64,000 nucleotides of DNA from the NCBI RefSeq assembly GCF_009914755.1, contig NC_060932.1; one strand, written 5' to 3'. A program made the translations under genes and the position numbers. Below are positions 1 through 10,800 of the stretch, one piece after another (the first letter of the stretch is position 1; each line of letters begins with the position of its first letter). The notes under the pieces are model-generated. The model was not told where the DNA came from. It did not search any database and worked only from the letters and a program-made list of their open reading frames with translations. Source of the stretch: the human T2T-CHM13v2.0 reference genome, Homo sapiens.

Positions 1-424
1 AAGGACCATAAATCTATTGCAGAAATGGCCACATCTGTGTTTTAGAAAAGCAGTGGGGGTTTTTTAGTTATTTTATTTTAAAAACTAACCAAAAATTTAG
101 TCGTTTTTCTATATTTCTTTATTTTAAGTTCTTATTTGCAGGTATTAGGATTAAATGTAGCAGTGTTTTCCATCCTTTGTCTATGTAGTTCAACGTGTAT
201 GTGATTTTTCTCCAATAGTTTGTCATTTTGAGTATGCTTGAATAATACTCAGCTCAAAGTCAAGTCACCTGTAAGGTCATGAAGCACACTTGTTGACATA
301 TCCATTGTCCCATTAGACAGAGAACATCTCAGGAGCAAGAACACTGTAATATTCATTACTTTAACCTCCATGACTGTCAGAAAGAGCAGGTAACCAATAA
401 ATGTTTCTTAATATAAAAAGGGAA

Positions 425-808
425 TAGTCATGCGCCACTAAAGACATTTCAGTCAACAATGGACTACATATGAAACCATGTTCCCATAAAATTATAATAG
501 AGCTGAAAAGTTCCTATTGCCTAGCAACATTGTAGCCATCACAATGTAGTAATGCAAAGCATTACCTTTTCTATGTTTAGATACACAAATACTTAACAAT
601 TGTATTACAATTGCCTCAGTATTTAGTAAAGTAACATGCTGTACAAGTTTATACCCCAGGAGCCACATAGCCTAGGTTTGTAGTAGGTTATATAGGTTCT
701 GATCATTTAGGTGTATGTAAGCATACTCTATGATGTTCGCACAATAAGGAAATTGTCTAATGATGCATTTCTCAGAATGTATCCTTGTCATTAAGCAACA
801 TGTGACTG
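425..808 (+). mobile_element. Tigger3-family (MER7/Tigger3) non-autonomous DNA transposon
   Basis: Degenerate terminal inverted repeats (TAGTCATGCG...CATGTGACTG, followed by TA). Internal TTTTCTATGTTTAGATACACAAATACTT and ACTCTATGATGTTCGCACAA match the recalled Tigger3 consensus. Confidence 0.85.
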
Positions 809-1734
809 TAGTAAAATTTGACAGAAAAAATAATGTTTCTGTGGAAGTCTTCATACTAATTTTTGAAGCAGAATAACTAAGAAAATAAGATCAATGTATG
901 TAAAGTTCAGGAAATCAATTTTTAAAGATAGGTTTTGTACTAAGCATTTAAATCATCCACATTAACCTGAGAACTTTGCAGCCTTTTCTGACCCCTTCTT
1001 ATGGTGACCTTGCTCGCTCACCCATCCAGTCCTGCTATTCATGGTCTCAGCAATGCCTCACCTATTGACCAGTTAGTTACTCCAAAATCGGTTCCATTTG
1101 TAGCCACTTACTTATGTCAATAGAAACTAACCAATTAATTTAGAAATGGGAAGGGTTAAAAGAAACACATTTCTACCTCCACCTTCACATGAGTTCCCCA
1201 TTGGATTAGCCTTCCAGTTTAAACCAGAAAAAAATAGACTTATCTGGGCATCTGTGGCAGTGTTTTCAATGTCTTTGCAAGATCACTTGAAATATACTGA
1301 TTTTAAGTTAGTATGCTTTCACTGTGCATAATTTGGAGAGCTTAGCAGATAAACGTGGTGAGGAACACAGGACCAACTCTCCTCCAGTGAGAACCTGGAT
1401 CATGTCAGAAGGACTCTGAGGCAGTATGACCCTTTCTGGTCCTACACCTGGTGTTTTTGCCCAGCTTCTAGCAGATGCCTGTAGAGCTGCGGCCTTGTAC
1501 CTGGGAGCAGTGCAGCCAACCTGGTAGACGGTAAAAAACTTGTGGCAGCACTGAGAATGTATCCCAGGCATGAAATCTTTGTCACTATAACCAGGTGATA
1601 ATTTCTACTTGAAGTGATGCAGTTTATACCTCTTTTCCTGGAGTAATTATTTGATAGCACCTTGTTTTTCACTCTCAAAAGTGTTTCGATCTGCTGAATA
1701 AATTAGATGATCGCTCAAAATACAGGATTATATT

Positions 1735-2216
1735 CTCTGTCAGCAGGATATTTTGGGCTATTTCTAGAAAAATTCTAGAAGAAAGAGACTTACCACACCC
1801 CCCAGGTATAATCCAAAAATGTATAATTCCCATCTCCTGTGCAGATGGTAAGCTGGGTTATCATCTGCCAATCACAGTTCTTTCCAGAGACTGCTGTTTT
1901 AAGGTAAACAATGGGATGAAAGTGACGCCCTGAGGAATCCTTTTGCAGCCAGCGAACTGGCTTTCCAAGGTCAGAGGTGCAAAGTGACATCATGGGATTG
2001 TGGCAATTGCAGCAGGCAAAGTTTCCTCACAGGCCGGTTCTGCACTGAGGGATTTAAATATATTCTTTCTAGCTTAGCCTCAAAGATGTTCTCCAGCCTT
2101 TCCAACCATTCTGTACACTATTCAATATCTTTTAATAAACTCCTGGGTATTTTGTTTTCCTGCTTAATTAGTCAGCCAATTTCTATTGCTTACAACTAAG
2201 GACCTTGACTAAGACA
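1735..2216 (+). mobile_element. Old ERVL/MaLR-class solo LTR, subfamily not resolved
   Basis: 3' end has AATAAA followed by TTTCTATTGCTTACAACTAAGGACCTTGACTAAGACA, typical of ERVL-class LTR termini. 5' boundary approximate. Confidence 0.5.
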
Positions 2217-3196
2217 TGGGTAAACTTGAAAATTTGAGTTCATAAAATATTTTTAACCCCAGGATCCACATGGAAAAGGAACGTTCTGCTGTTTTGAAGG
2301 TTCTGTTCAAGTCTCTTTCAACAAACAATGTCTTATGTGAAAAAGGGCTGCTCATCGTTTTCAAAGTTGACCTTGATTTTTCATGCCATAGATTATTCAA
2401 AACTATGGGTTATTCTTTTTAAAATGATGTTAAGGTCAAGTGACAAACTTTCTTCTCAGATGTCACATGGAAAAACTGGTGTTTGGATGTCAACTGTGGC
2501 ATTTTTAATCCTATGTTCTTCCCACTGGCAGCACTATGTTTTCAGAGAAGCTTTAGCACTCTGCAATGCCCACTGCGACAATCAACCAGATAGCCTCATT
2601 TTCGATAATGTAATCTGAAAAGTGTTTAATTAGCTTTCTTCCTGCTGCTGACTCACCCTCACTTGGATACACACATTATAGAACCTAAACAGCAGCAGAT
2701 CATCAAAGTGAGTTGAAATATGCTATTGTTTTCTTGATAATGGATTCTTTAAAGATCTCAGGTATCATTAAACTGCTAACAGGCTCGGGCCCTTATAGGG
2801 TGGTGCAGTATGGCATTTTGGAAGTTTTCTTTTGTGTTCAAATCCAGAATTCCAGGTAGATCCTGGGTACTTAGTAGTTGTCAGTTTAAATGCATATACA
2901 AATCTGCATACATTTGGAAAAAACTTCTCAAATGATTATTCCATTTTTTGTTAGGCAGTGACATTTTTCTTTGATCCTTATATGTAAGGGAACTTACCAC
3001 AATGAATAATAAAATATTTGAAGACCGGTGAAACAGCTCACAGGAACTTGGTTGAAAAGAACAATGGGTTCTTCAGCAGCAGGGGCTGGGCCTCCTTAGA
3101 ATGTGTAGACGTGATCTGCATTGCTGTGACCCTGAGCTTCACCCTCATAACTGAACGAGACTGTCAGTACCTAGGTTAATCATGTCTTGAGGACAT

Positions 3197-3595
3197 GTAT
3201 GGCTTCACAAGTGCATACACACAAGTGTACTTGTAGGTGTTGCTAGTTAATGAGTTATGAGTTCTTTTATATGTTTTCTGTGGCATAAGCAAAAACTAAC
3301 AGAAGAGGAGGAGATTTGCAAAAGTTGGAAAGAAAGGACTGTTCATAATTTCTATGATTGTGATGAACATGTAAAGGTGCTTACTTTTGTCTGCATCTGA
3401 CACCAGATAGCTTTTATTCCCTGTGCCCAGGCCTTGAGATAAACTGTGGCCAACGTGGGGAGGAATCTTCTATGGGCTCACAGAAAGTTGGCTAATTTTG
3501 TTTCCTCCTTTTTCCATTCCTTTGTTCTATCCATTAATTCATTAACTAACAATACCTATAAGTACACTTGTATGTATACACTTGTGAAGCCATAC
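3197..3595. repeat. 61-bp inverted repeat pair (3197-3257 and 3535-3595) with a 277-bp spacer
   Basis: Reverse complement of the right arm matches the left arm at 55/61 positions with no gaps. Confidence 0.95.
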
Positions 3596-4204
3596 TCATG
3601 AATAGTGTTTAGTGAGCACTTCTTATGTCCCTGAGAATGCATTATTTCATGACGTCAGTACATCATTATAGTGACAACCTTCTCAAGGAGACACTTATTT
3701 TAACAAGCCTATTTTTTACAGAGGAGGACATTAGGGCTTAAGAAAGTTAATGGACTTTCCTATGGTTACCTATTTAGGAAATGGTGTAGCCACAGTTGAA
3801 GCCAGCAACCATTCAGCACCCAGCACAATGATGAGACGTTTAGTCTGTATTCAGTTAATACTTAATAAACTCAGTGCCATGAATCATAAAGCCAGGGCAC
3901 TGGAAGAAATCCTTGAAAATTAGCTGGAGCTTTCACCCGTCTTGGTTTAGGGACATAGCTAAAGTGTCAAAGTCACAGAAAACACTTCCTATTTCCTCTC
4001 ATAGATGAAAATACCTTTCCCTAATTATTTCTGAGCTACCTTGTGTAAGTTTTCTTTCAATTTCAGTTTGAAAAAGAACAAATTGCAAAACTATTTTTAT
4101 TTATATAAATAATTATATATTTACACACCAAAATACCTGGGGATCTTTTTTTAAAAAATGATGGATTTAATTTTATGGGTTTATGAAATTAAAAATTGTT
4201 TTTT

Positions 4205-4975
4205 ATTTTTTTTAAATTTTTTATTTATTTATTTTTTTTATTATACTTTAAGTTTTAGGGTACATGTGCACATTGTGCAGGTTAGTTACATATGTATACA
4301 TGTGCCATGCTGGTGCGCTGCACCCACTAACTCGTCATCTAGCATTAGGTATATCTCCCAATGCTATCCCTCCCCCTCCCCCCACCCCACAACAGTCCCC
4401 AGAGTGTGATATTCCCCTTCCTGTGTCCATATGATCTCTTTGTTCAATTCCCACCTATGAGTGAGAATATGCGGTTTTTGGTTTTTTGTTCTTGCGATAG
4501 TTTACTGAGAATGATGATTTCCAATTTCATCCATGTCCCTGCAAAGGACATGAACTCATCATTTTTTATGGCTGCATAGTATTCCATGGTGTATATGTGC
4601 CACATTGCCTTAATCCAGTCTATCATTGTTGGACATTTGGGTTGGCTCCAAGTCTTTGCTATTGTGAATAATGCCACAATAAACATACGTGTGCATGTGT
4701 CTTTATAGCAGCATGATTTATAGTCCTTTGGGTATATACCCAGTAATGGGATGGTAAAATGCTCATCATCACTGGCCATCAGAGAAATGCAAATCAAAAC
4801 CACAATGAGATACCATCTCACACCAGTTAGAATGGCAATCATTAAAAAGTCAGGAAACAACAGGTGCTGGAGAGGATGTGGAGAAATAGGAACACTTTTA
4901 CACAGTTGGTGGGACTGTAAACTAGTTCAACCATTGTGGAAGTCAGTGTGGCGATTCCTCAGGGATCTAGAACTA
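4205..4975 (-). mobile_element. 5'-truncated L1PA2-like LINE-1 with 5' inversion (twin priming)
   Basis: 4205-4754 is the antisense L1 3' end with its T-rich tail and the GAG (non-Ta) diagnostic (CACTAACTCGTCATCTAGC). 4756-4975 is sense-oriented ORF2 3' sequence. Candidate TSD TTGTTTTTT at 4196-4204 and 4978-4986. Confidence 0.93.
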
Positions 4976-4980
4976 TTTTG

Positions 4981-5082
4981 TTTTTTTAAATAGAGACTGG
5001 ATATCACTGTGTTGCCAAGTTGGGCTTGAACTTCTGGACTCAAGTTATCCCCCTGCCACAGCTTCCCAAGTAGCTGAGTTTA
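4981..5082 (-). mobile_element. FLAM/AluJ-like left monomer
   Basis: AGAGAC...TCACTGTGTTGCC...GAACTTCTGGACTCAAG...CTTCCCAAGTAGCTG is antisense Alu monomer sequence. Confidence 0.7.
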
Positions 5083-8049
5083 TTAACTTTTAAACTGCAT
5101 TTTTGGAAAAATGCATAAAGAAAACTAAAAAAAAAAAAAGTTTTTTTTATTTTAGTGATTTTGGGATTATATTAAAGGCAAAAATATAATTCATTTCTTA
5201 ATTTTTGATTTTAAATGTACCTAACTGGATTTTAAAACTCCATTATATTGTTTTTGCTGCTATAATTGAGAGCAGTAGGAGCAAATGGCTTAAAGAATTA
5301 AACTTTCCTCTCACAGGATTTTCTTGCTGAGTAGGGGATTTCAGCTGTGAAAGAAAAACAGTTTCCCAATCCCAGAATTATGAGGCTGAAACTCCTTTCC
5401 CTCATAGTTACCTTTTTCTTTTCCTCTACAACTGGAAATGTTATAATAGAAGTCTTTCTGAAAGACAGCAGTCCCTGGACACTCAGCTACTGTAGCTGTT
5501 GATTTTCTGCCTGCTTCCATGCTGAAATCGAACTTCTGTCTTTCTATTGGTTCACTTTGTTAGAAATTATAAGGATAGGCAAAGGCCAAAGATAAAAGGA
5601 ATTAGCAGAGTGAATCAGAAGTTTGGAAAAATTTTTGCCTGAGGTTTAGAGATTTTTCCAGGATTGATATTTTTGCAGTATACTAAGAAGGCTTTCCAGG
5701 TGAAATGAAGGCTCTGAAATAAGCCACACCAAGTCAGAGCTATTTTCAAAAATGTGCACTCTGTGATCTCTGTGTCTTTCCATTCTCCTCCTTCTGCTTA
5801 TTTCAAGTGAAAGAGGACAAGGTACAGTAAATAGAAAACAGAATCCTGTTTTCCTAACATGCTTTCTCCATAAGGCAGGGAAACACTCTTAAAAAGAATA
5901 GTATGTTCAAATTAAATTCAGTATTTCCTGTTAATAATCAGCACTCTAATAATATTCTAAGAATGAAAGAGACATTGCTGAACCTTTTACATCAACTCTA
6001 GGGACATACTTCTTGTAGTATGAACACTTGCTCTGGAATAAACAACAGAACACACATTATGTATTAAAGTGCAGAGAATGCATAATTCATCCAGATTATA
6101 CTGTTCTCAAGTAAATAACTGAAAAATTTCATCTTGAAGTCTATTTTTCTTCTTATCTGAATAGATTTTTTTTCTGGTAAGAATGTGTCTTTGCTAAAAA
6201 CAAAATGCTTAAGCTTAAACCTTATCCTGAAAATAGTTTTCTATTTTTGTTTTACATGTGCAGGCATTGGTAAAGACATCATATCAATCTTAAATTTCAC
6301 AGATCTTTCTGACAGAGAAGTCTTCCCTTAGAAGATCATTATTAGTGGAATTCATAGAACATCATTTTTCTGAGACTGTGTTTATTTATTAATGATTATA
6401 ATTTTTTCCAGAGGTTTCCATTACTTTTTATGGCCATTTGAGTGTAAGTCTGCTGCTGTGTTAGGGTCTTCTAATACAGAAGCAAAAATACCAAAGTTGG
6501 TTTAAGGAATTATGCCAATATATGGCATTTTTGTTCTTTTTAATCCAGTTAACAGGTAATGCAGAGAGAAAGCTGTTCTAATAGCTAATTGGCACCAGTG
6601 AAGTGTATTCAGATGCTTTTTGCAGGGTAAATTGAAACCCAACAAATTTCTGACTCAAAATACTGCAATGAGGAAACATGACCTGACGTAATTTAAGACA
6701 AGTAATTTTCTCTGAATTAGCAGTCACTTGCGGGGAAAAGAGGTGAACATCATAATTTGGAGGGCTGGAAAGTATCCTTTGAATTGGATTTGATATGAGT
6801 GAAAAATACTGTTTAACACAAGGGAAAACAGGTTAAAACACAAAAATTAGCGCAGGAATCAGGTAACTTTGCTCCATGTTTCTTCCTGCTGCCACATCCT
6901 CTCCCAGGTTATTACACTTTTAAGTTATTGACCAGCCAGACAGCTAGACTGCTAGGCAAATGGCACTTTATGAATTTGTATGGATGCTATAAATAGTATG
7001 GTCATTTTTATGATGATGAGGTATATTCTCACCTCCTGACTGTTACAGTGAGTGTGTAGTCAAGTGAATATCCCTAATGAATACAGGCCTTCTATCGCTT
7101 CTAAGTGTCAGAACAGCCACTTCGTATTAGTACTTAACGGAAAGTTCTGGCACTAGAAGTTTTTGCTGGACTGGAAAATGTTACCATTGAGTGATGATAA
7201 AATGTTCACCTAATTTAAAATTCCAATTAATCCCTCTTTATACATTAAATTTAAAATGGAAGTCATTGAGTTCCTCCAAAGTGGAAAAGTATGTGCTAAA
7301 TGCAATGAATACAGAGATGAATAAAATATAATTCTTCCTCTCTGATAATTATAAACAGGAAATATAAAGATAAGTTGTATAATGTCAGAAATCCTCAAGA
7401 CTTGAGTCTAAGATTCTGTGCACATCATTGCCTTTGCATGATGTCATTAGTGTGGTCCCACACTTTTTAGATGTACCTAAAACAGAAGTGAAATAAGTGA
7501 GAAATGTGATTTTAGCACGTGGGTCACCTTAATCACAAGATTAACCTGTGAATCTCACACTTCTCCAGAACACCAAAGAAACAGTTAAGTTGGAAATAAA
7601 GGTTGGCTTCTAAATCCATGTAATTTGAAAGTGAAATAGCAGATATAAATTTCTTACTGTCAATAAACTCTCTCTCAGGCAATTTATTCCAAAATAAAAA
7701 CCCAATCAATGACAACACCATCAAATGACAACATGATGTAGTAGGAAGTTTGGGACATATAATTGTCAGAGGGTTGGATTTGAATCAGGGAAAAATAAAA
7801 GCAGCATAATTCCTTGTCCCTGCATGTAAAGCAATAGTTGGAGTGAACATATTTCCATGCCCCTATATTAAAAAGTACTTAACTATTTAATCCAGGAAAT
7901 ATCTGCCTAAAGAAGGTAATGTGGTGAACCAATTAAGTGTCTTACACTGTGTTACTGCTCTTTTAGAATATTTATAGCAGGATTTCCGGGGATACTAAAT
8001 AAATAAATAAATATCTTACTCACTGCGACTAATAATTTACTGATTAAGA

Positions 8050-10585
8050 GTTAATTCCTAGCTTTATTGTGTATACCACCTTCTTTTCGGATTAATTGAA
8101 CATTTCTTATATCTTTTGGTTTTACTTTCTTTTTGTGGTTGCTCTATGTATGTTTGACTTACCATGGTATACTATAAATTAATATTATACCACTGTGTGT
8201 AAAACAGAAGAACCTTGCAACCTTTGTGTTTTAATTATCATACATTCTACTTATACATAGATTACAGACCTTAAAAATATATTGTTATTTTGACTTCAAA
8301 TAGTCAACCGTCTTTTGAAGAAACTTTAAGAAGAGAAAATAATTACTCACACATTTACCACTTGTACGTCTATTCCTTTGTATAGATCTAAGTTTCCATC
8401 TAGTGTTATTTTTCTTCAATAAAAGAGCTTCCTTTGACATTTTCTGCAGAGCAAGTATGCTAGCAATGAATTATTTCAGTTTCTATTTGTCAAAAATATA
8501 TTTACTTCACCTATATTTTTGAAGAGTGTTTTCTCTGCATATGGAATCCTGGGATAACAGGGATGTCCCCCCACCACCACCCCTCCATCTTTCAGTGTTT
8601 TAAAGCTGTTTCATCACATTCTGAATTGGACTGCTTTTGTTGAAAAGTCAGTGATAATTTTAATTTTTGTATATCTATACAAAATTGTCCTTTTTTCTGG
8701 CTTTTTATTTTTTATAGTTAATTTTAAGCAAATTGATTATGATGTGCCTTGGTGTACTTTAATTTTCTATTTTCTATTAAATTACTCTATTTAACATTGT
8801 TTATTATTTTTGTGGATTGCTCTTTTTAGCCAAATATGGAAAATCGTCCTCCAACATTTCTTTAAAATTTTTTTTTTGCTCCCTTCCATTTCTGGAAGTC
8901 TATTATATGCACATTTGATGGACTGATATTGTCCACGTATCATTGAGATACATATAACTTTGTTCAGATTTTTTCTCTCTGTTCTTCAGATCAAAATGTT
9001 TCATTGCCTAAATTTAGCTTCTTTCTAGCATGCTCCCCAGAATTCTTCCAGCTGCTACCTACTGCCCAATTCCAGAGCCACTTTTCTATTTTTAGATATT
9101 TGTTACAGCAGCACCCCAAGTACCTAGAAAAGTCTTTTATGCCTGCTTCTCTGCCAGATGACTTGAATATGCTACTAGATTTGGAATTCACCTTTCTCCA
9201 GGGTCATTACTGATTTCAAAGAGGTGAATTTACCTGTGCTAGGGTTTTCACACTGGGAGTGCTACCAGAGCTACCACAGGATGAAAGTGGTGAGCCCACC
9301 ACTGCAGAGAAGTTTTCTCAGTGCCATAATTTAGAAGAATTCTTCTCAAAATAAGCCCTACTCCTTTTCACTTACTGAAAAGAACTTGGATAATGTTTAA
9401 CAGCCAGCCCCATTTCAAAAAGATTACCAGGGGTAAAACAACCTTTTCATGGGTCAAAATCATCTTCTGAAGAAAATGCTTTCTTAAAAGAAATGAACAT
9501 TTTAAATCAAAGGGTATTGTCCTGTTTTGGATTAACAAAACAGGGCAAATAACCAATCCTTGTAAAATTATTTGAAAATTTCTTGTTTTTATCAGTTGAG
9601 TGCCTATAGATGCACATACAAAAACAACAGCCATTTTTGTATATAATAGTCTTCTAAAATAGATATTTACATTAGGAGAGAATTAAACATCCAGGAGGGA
9701 TGAACAGTATTTCATGTGTGCTATGTAGTGTTTTGCTTCATTGAGAGTCATTTTCATGAATTATTTTTACTACTGCAGTCATTCTTCTTAAATTTATAAT
9801 CATCTCAAAAAAGATGTCACAATGAACAGTTAGACAACCATGTGTGAGGTCAGTCATTCTGCATGATGTATGTAATCAAAAAGTTTGAAATGTCTGCTTA
9901 CAAATAAAGAATGTTTTTACTGAAAAAGAAAGTTTCATTGCCTATAAATTTACTAAACATTCTATCAAATATCTTGTTCAACCCATTTAATAAATTTTTA
10001 CATTTAGACACTACAATTTTTGGCTTTAAAAGATCCATCTGATTCTTTTTATATTTTTTATTTCTTTTCTCATTGTGCTCATGTTTTCATTTAAATGCTT
10101 GAACATATTTATAACGACTGTTTTAAACTATCTGCAAATTTAATCACTTCTGTCGTTTCTGGACATTTCTAAACCATGTCTATTCACATTTTTTCAGATA
10201 ATAATGGGTCACATTTTTCTGCATCTTTGCATATACACTAATATTTGATTGGTTGCTGAATATTGTAAATATTAAATCATTAAGTGTCAAGATTTTATTG
10301 TTTTCCTTTAATGAGTGTCGCAATTTGTTCCCGTAGGCAGTTATTTACATGCCAAATGGCTTGATATTTTTAAAAATTGACTTTAACTTTGTTTGGGTGA
10401 GTTTAGAACAGATTTGTCTAGCACTAGTTGATGCTTACTGCTAAGACCCTCCTGGGGTCTCTATTGAATGCTGTGGCTATTCAACGGAGTCCTCTCTTGT
10501 TGCCTGGAACTGCATCTTCCAGCCCTGTGTGGGCTCTGGTGATTTTTCAACTTATGTCATCCTATAGTTATTCTTTCCCTGGGAG
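8050..10585 (-). mobile_element. Ancient L1M (ORF1/5' region), interrupted at 9011-9931 by a retrocopy
   Basis: T-rich antisense L1M motifs (AGCAATGAATTATTTCAGTTTCTATTTGTC; TTTTCTCTCTGTTCTTCAGAT) remain colinear across the insertion. Boundaries approximate. Confidence 0.7.
9011..9931 (+). pseudogene. Retrocopy of an mRNA 3'UTR-like sequence (parent unidentified) with a 5' MLT1-int fragment
   Basis: 13-bp TSD GTTTCATTGCCTA at 8998-9010 and 9932-9944; AATAAA at 9903-9908 followed by an A-rich remnant; no meaningful ORF. 9011-9122 matches antisense MLT1 internal 5' sequence. Confidence 0.8.
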
Positions 10586-10586
10586 T

Positions 10587-10800
10587 TGACAAAGATGCTC
10601 TCCTTGACCTAGCTTTAGTGAAACTCCTTTAAGTCCTTAAAACCCTGACCTTGGACTCTGTTCGTGGCCTACTTGGCCCAGTTTTAGCAAAAACCCTGCT
10701 GAGTCAGTTTAGAAAACTCCCTGACCTCAGTATAAAATCAAATTCTTCATTCCCCACCCTCCATATCTTATCACCTCGCCTGCCTTCTGCAAGAATCTTG
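10587..10800 (+). mobile_element. MER31-like ERV1 LTR, 5' portion
   Basis: Starts TGACAAAGATGCTCTCCTTGACC and contains CCAGTTTTAGCAAAAACCCTGCTGAGTCAGTTTAG. Confidence 0.7.

Noticed and set aside
121-275. Possible exon (TTATTTGCAG acceptor, GTAAG donor)
   Set aside because: Splice-like motifs are frequent by chance; there is no coding or neighbouring-exon support without transcript data.
3650-3657. Full CRE palindrome TGACGTCA (also at 31451-31458)
   Set aside because: One or two 8-mers in 64 kb is not distinguishable from chance without chromatin data.
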